From the NCBI GenBank assembly GCA_028279275.1, contig JANQOB010000002.1:264500-328499 (forward strand): a stretch of DNA of 64,000 nt, given 5' to 3'. A program made the translations under genes and the position numbers. Origin of the DNA: Gammaproteobacteria bacterium. Lineage in GTDB: Bacteria > Pseudomonadota > Gammaproteobacteria > UBA4575. Within the stretch, counting starts at the first letter, position 1, and each line of letters starts with the position of its first letter. Shown here piece by piece: positions 61,919 through 64,000 of the stretch. The notes under the pieces are model-generated. The model was not told the origin of the DNA, made no database searches, and saw nothing but the letters and a program-made list of their open reading frames with translations.

Positions 61919-62656
61919 ATGAACAATCAAGTTGCACTTGTTACAGGTGCAAGCCGAGGAATCGGTAAAGCAATATTACACGGTTTAGGAGCTGGGGGTC
62001 ACACTGTTGTGGGAACAGCGACTACTGAAAAAGGTGCTAGCTCTATTCAAAAAGAATTAGAGCAGTCAGGGTATACAGGAACTGGATTGGTTTTAAATGT
62101 TACACAAGATGAATCCATTAAAGCTTGTCTTGATACGATTAAAGCCGAGTTTAGTGCCCCCACCATTTTGATTAACAATGCAGGTATAACTAAAGACAAT
62201 TTATTGATGCGCATGAAAGAAGAAGAATGGAATGATGTAATTGATACAAATTTGTCTTCGATATACCGCCTTTCAAAAGCCTGTATGCGTGACATGATGA
62301 AAGCTAAGGCAGGGCGAATTATTAATATTTCGTCTGTAGTGGGTGCTTCAGGAAATGCGGGTCAAGCAAACTATGCTGCTGCCAAGGCAGGCATGATTGG
62401 TTTTACAAAATCACTCGCATTAGAGGTGGCATCACGTGGGATTACTGTCAATGCGATAGCCCCAGGGTTTATTGAAACGGATATGACCAGTGAACTCACG
62501 AGTGAGCAGCAAGAAGTCTTGCTGAAAAATGTACCTTTGGGTCGCATGGGTAATGTAAATGATATTGCCGGGGCGGTTAAATTTTTGATATCTGATGACG
62601 CGTCTTACATCACAGGTGAAACGATTCATGTTAATGGTGGCCTATATATGGCCTAG
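61919..62656 (+). CDS. fabG: 3-oxoacyl-ACP reductase
   Basis: TGASRGIG, NNAGITKD, GNAGQANYAAAK, VNGGLYM. Confidence 0.97.
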   Translation: MNNQVALVTGASRGIGKAILHGLGAGGHTVVGTATTEKGASSIQKELEQSGYTGTGLVLNVTQDESIKACLDTIKAEFSAPTILINNAGITKDNLLMRMKEEEWNDVIDTNLSSIYRLSKACMRDMMKAKAGRIINISSVVGASGNAGQANYAAAKAGMIGFTKSLALEVASRGITVNAIAPGFIETDMTSELTSEQQEVLLKNVPLGRMGNVNDIAGAVKFLISDDASYITGETIHVNGGLYMA

Positions 62657-62896
62657 AATATGTTAAATATTGGTCAAATTTTTACTTAAACTTTATCACC
62701 TAACTTGTTGTATCTAATCAACAAACACTCATTTATTCTCTTATAAACACTATGACTAGTTTGGTATTACATCAGATTAGCGGTATTTTACGGTGATAGC
62801 ATGGTGAACACCTTTTCAATACAATAGCGGCCCGATTAGGATCGGACTAACATTTTTGCAAAATGAGGAAGCAATAATAAACGAGGAAGCAATTAT

Positions 62897-63130
62897 ATGA
62901 GCACAAATGAAGAGAGAGTAAAAAAGATTGTCGTAGAGCAATTAGGTGTGAGTGAGGATGAAGTAAAAGATGATGCGTCTTTTGTTGATGATCTTGGTGC
63001 AGACTCTTTAGACACGGTTGAATTAGTAATGGCGCTCGAAGAGGAGTTTGAGTGTGAGATTCCTGATGAAGAAGCTGAGAAAATTACAACTGTTAAACAA
63101 GCAATTGACTACGTTAATAGTCATCAATAA
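62897..63130 (+). CDS. acpP: Acyl carrier protein
   Basis: [20 protein letters not shown]. Confidence 0.98.
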   Translation: MSTNEERVKKIVVEQLGVSEDEVKDDASFVDDLGADSLDTVELVMALEEEFECEIPDEEAEKITTVKQAIDYVNSHQ

Positions 63131-63218
63131 TTCAAGCGATATCGCATGTAAGGTAGTTGAGTTAGAACAACTGCGTCTGCCTATTCATTTTAAAGTTATC
63201 TAACATAGAGCAAATAAT

Positions 63219-64000
63219 ATGTCGCGTCGACGTGTAGTGGTGACAGGCTTAGGAATCGTATCTCCAGTAGGATCAACGATTGAAAAAGCATGGGCCAATA
63301 TAACTTCAGGCAAAAGTGGTATATCAAAAATTGATTGTTTTGATGCCAGTGCTTTTTCTGTGCAGATTGCGGGCCAAACACGTGACTTTGTCGTGGATGA
63401 TTATTTATCTAAAAAAGAACAACGCAAGATGGATCCATTCATTCACTATGGCATTGGCGCAGGAATTCAAGCCATAGAGGATTCTGGCTTTGAGGTGACA
63501 GAAGAAAATGCTGATCGTATAGGAGTAGCGATTGGTAGCGGAATTGGCGGACTGCCTGGAATAGAAAAAAGCAATGAAGCATATTTAAATGGCGGACCTA
63601 AAAAAATCTCACCGTTCTTTGTCCCCAGCAATATCATTAATATGGTATCCGGTAATTTATCTATTATGAAAGGATATCGTGGACCCAATATTTCTATTGT
63701 TTCTGCATGCACAACAGGGACACATAATATAGGTGATGCCGCAAGAATGATTATGTATGGCGATGCTGACATTATGATTGCAGGCGGTGCCGAAATGGCA
63801 ACATGTCCATTGGGGATTGGTGGTTTTGCTGCTGCAAAAGCACTTTGTTCAACACACAACGACGACCCTGAAGGTGCAAGTCGTCCATTTGATCTAAATC
63901 GTAATGGTTTTGTTTTAGGGGATGGCGCGGGTGTGGTTGTGTTAGAAGAATACGAAAGCGCAAAAGCACGCTCAGCAAATATTTATTGTGAGTTGGTAGG
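63219..64000 (+). CDS. fabF: Beta-ketoacyl-ACP synthase II, 5' part (truncated by the window end)
   Basis: Not in ORF track. From ATG 63219: [18 protein letters not shown]...[13 protein letters not shown]...[12 protein letters not shown]...[19 protein letters not shown]. Confidence 0.96.
   Translation, partial: MSRRRVVVTGLGIVSPVGSTIEKAWANITSGKSGISKIDCFDASAFSVQIAGQTRDFVVDDYLSKKEQRKMDPFIHYGIGAGIQAIEDSGFEVTEENADRIGVAIGSGIGGLPGIEKSNEAYLNGGPKKISPFFVPSNIINMVSGNLSIMKGYRGPNISIVSACTTGTHNIGDAARMIMYGDADIMIAGGAEMATCPLGIGGFAAAKALCSTHNDDPEGASRPFDLNRNGFVLGDGAGVVVLEEYESAKARSANIYCELV

Noticed and set aside
62708-62721. FNR-like box TTGTA-N4-ATCAA
   Set aside because: Left half-site is wrong at key positions; no supporting context

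Overview
AT-rich (roughly 35-40% GC by eye) gammaproteobacterial chromosome segment, almost fully coding. I found no rRNA, tRNA, CRISPR array, transposase or integrase. In order it holds: 5' part of mfd (minus strand, missing from the ORF track); a complete ccmABCDEFGHI cytochrome c maturation operon followed by a catalytically degenerate GGDEF protein; agmatine deiminase plus a carbon-nitrogen hydrolase; lolC/E-lolD, comEC, exbBD-like, msbA-lpxK-Trm112-kdsB, nudF; an orphan secretin-like gene; a four-gene Gld-like ABC module; purB, fumC, a GGDEF-EAL protein and an RND efflux operon. An accessory stretch (about 40-51.6 kb) follows, then EamA, acnA, hflD, mnmA, nudJ, clpSA, infA and fabD-fabG-acpP-fabF (fabF truncated by the window end). 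The accessory stretch is the most interesting part. It contains a cNMP-binding thioredoxin-reductase-like protein lacking CxxC, divergent from a 4-Cys miniprotein. It has tandem palindromic operators resembling GacA/LetA boxes ahead of a structured leader, a small exported protein and a Met-rich 12-13-residue tandem-repeat exported protein. It also has an ATP-grasp/alpha-E/Zn-peptidase/Anbu locus without transglutaminase, a divergent DUF2182/DUF1326 pair, and SbtA/SbtB-like genes where the permease appears to start at ATC. All family assignments come from motif recognition only; no database search was run.
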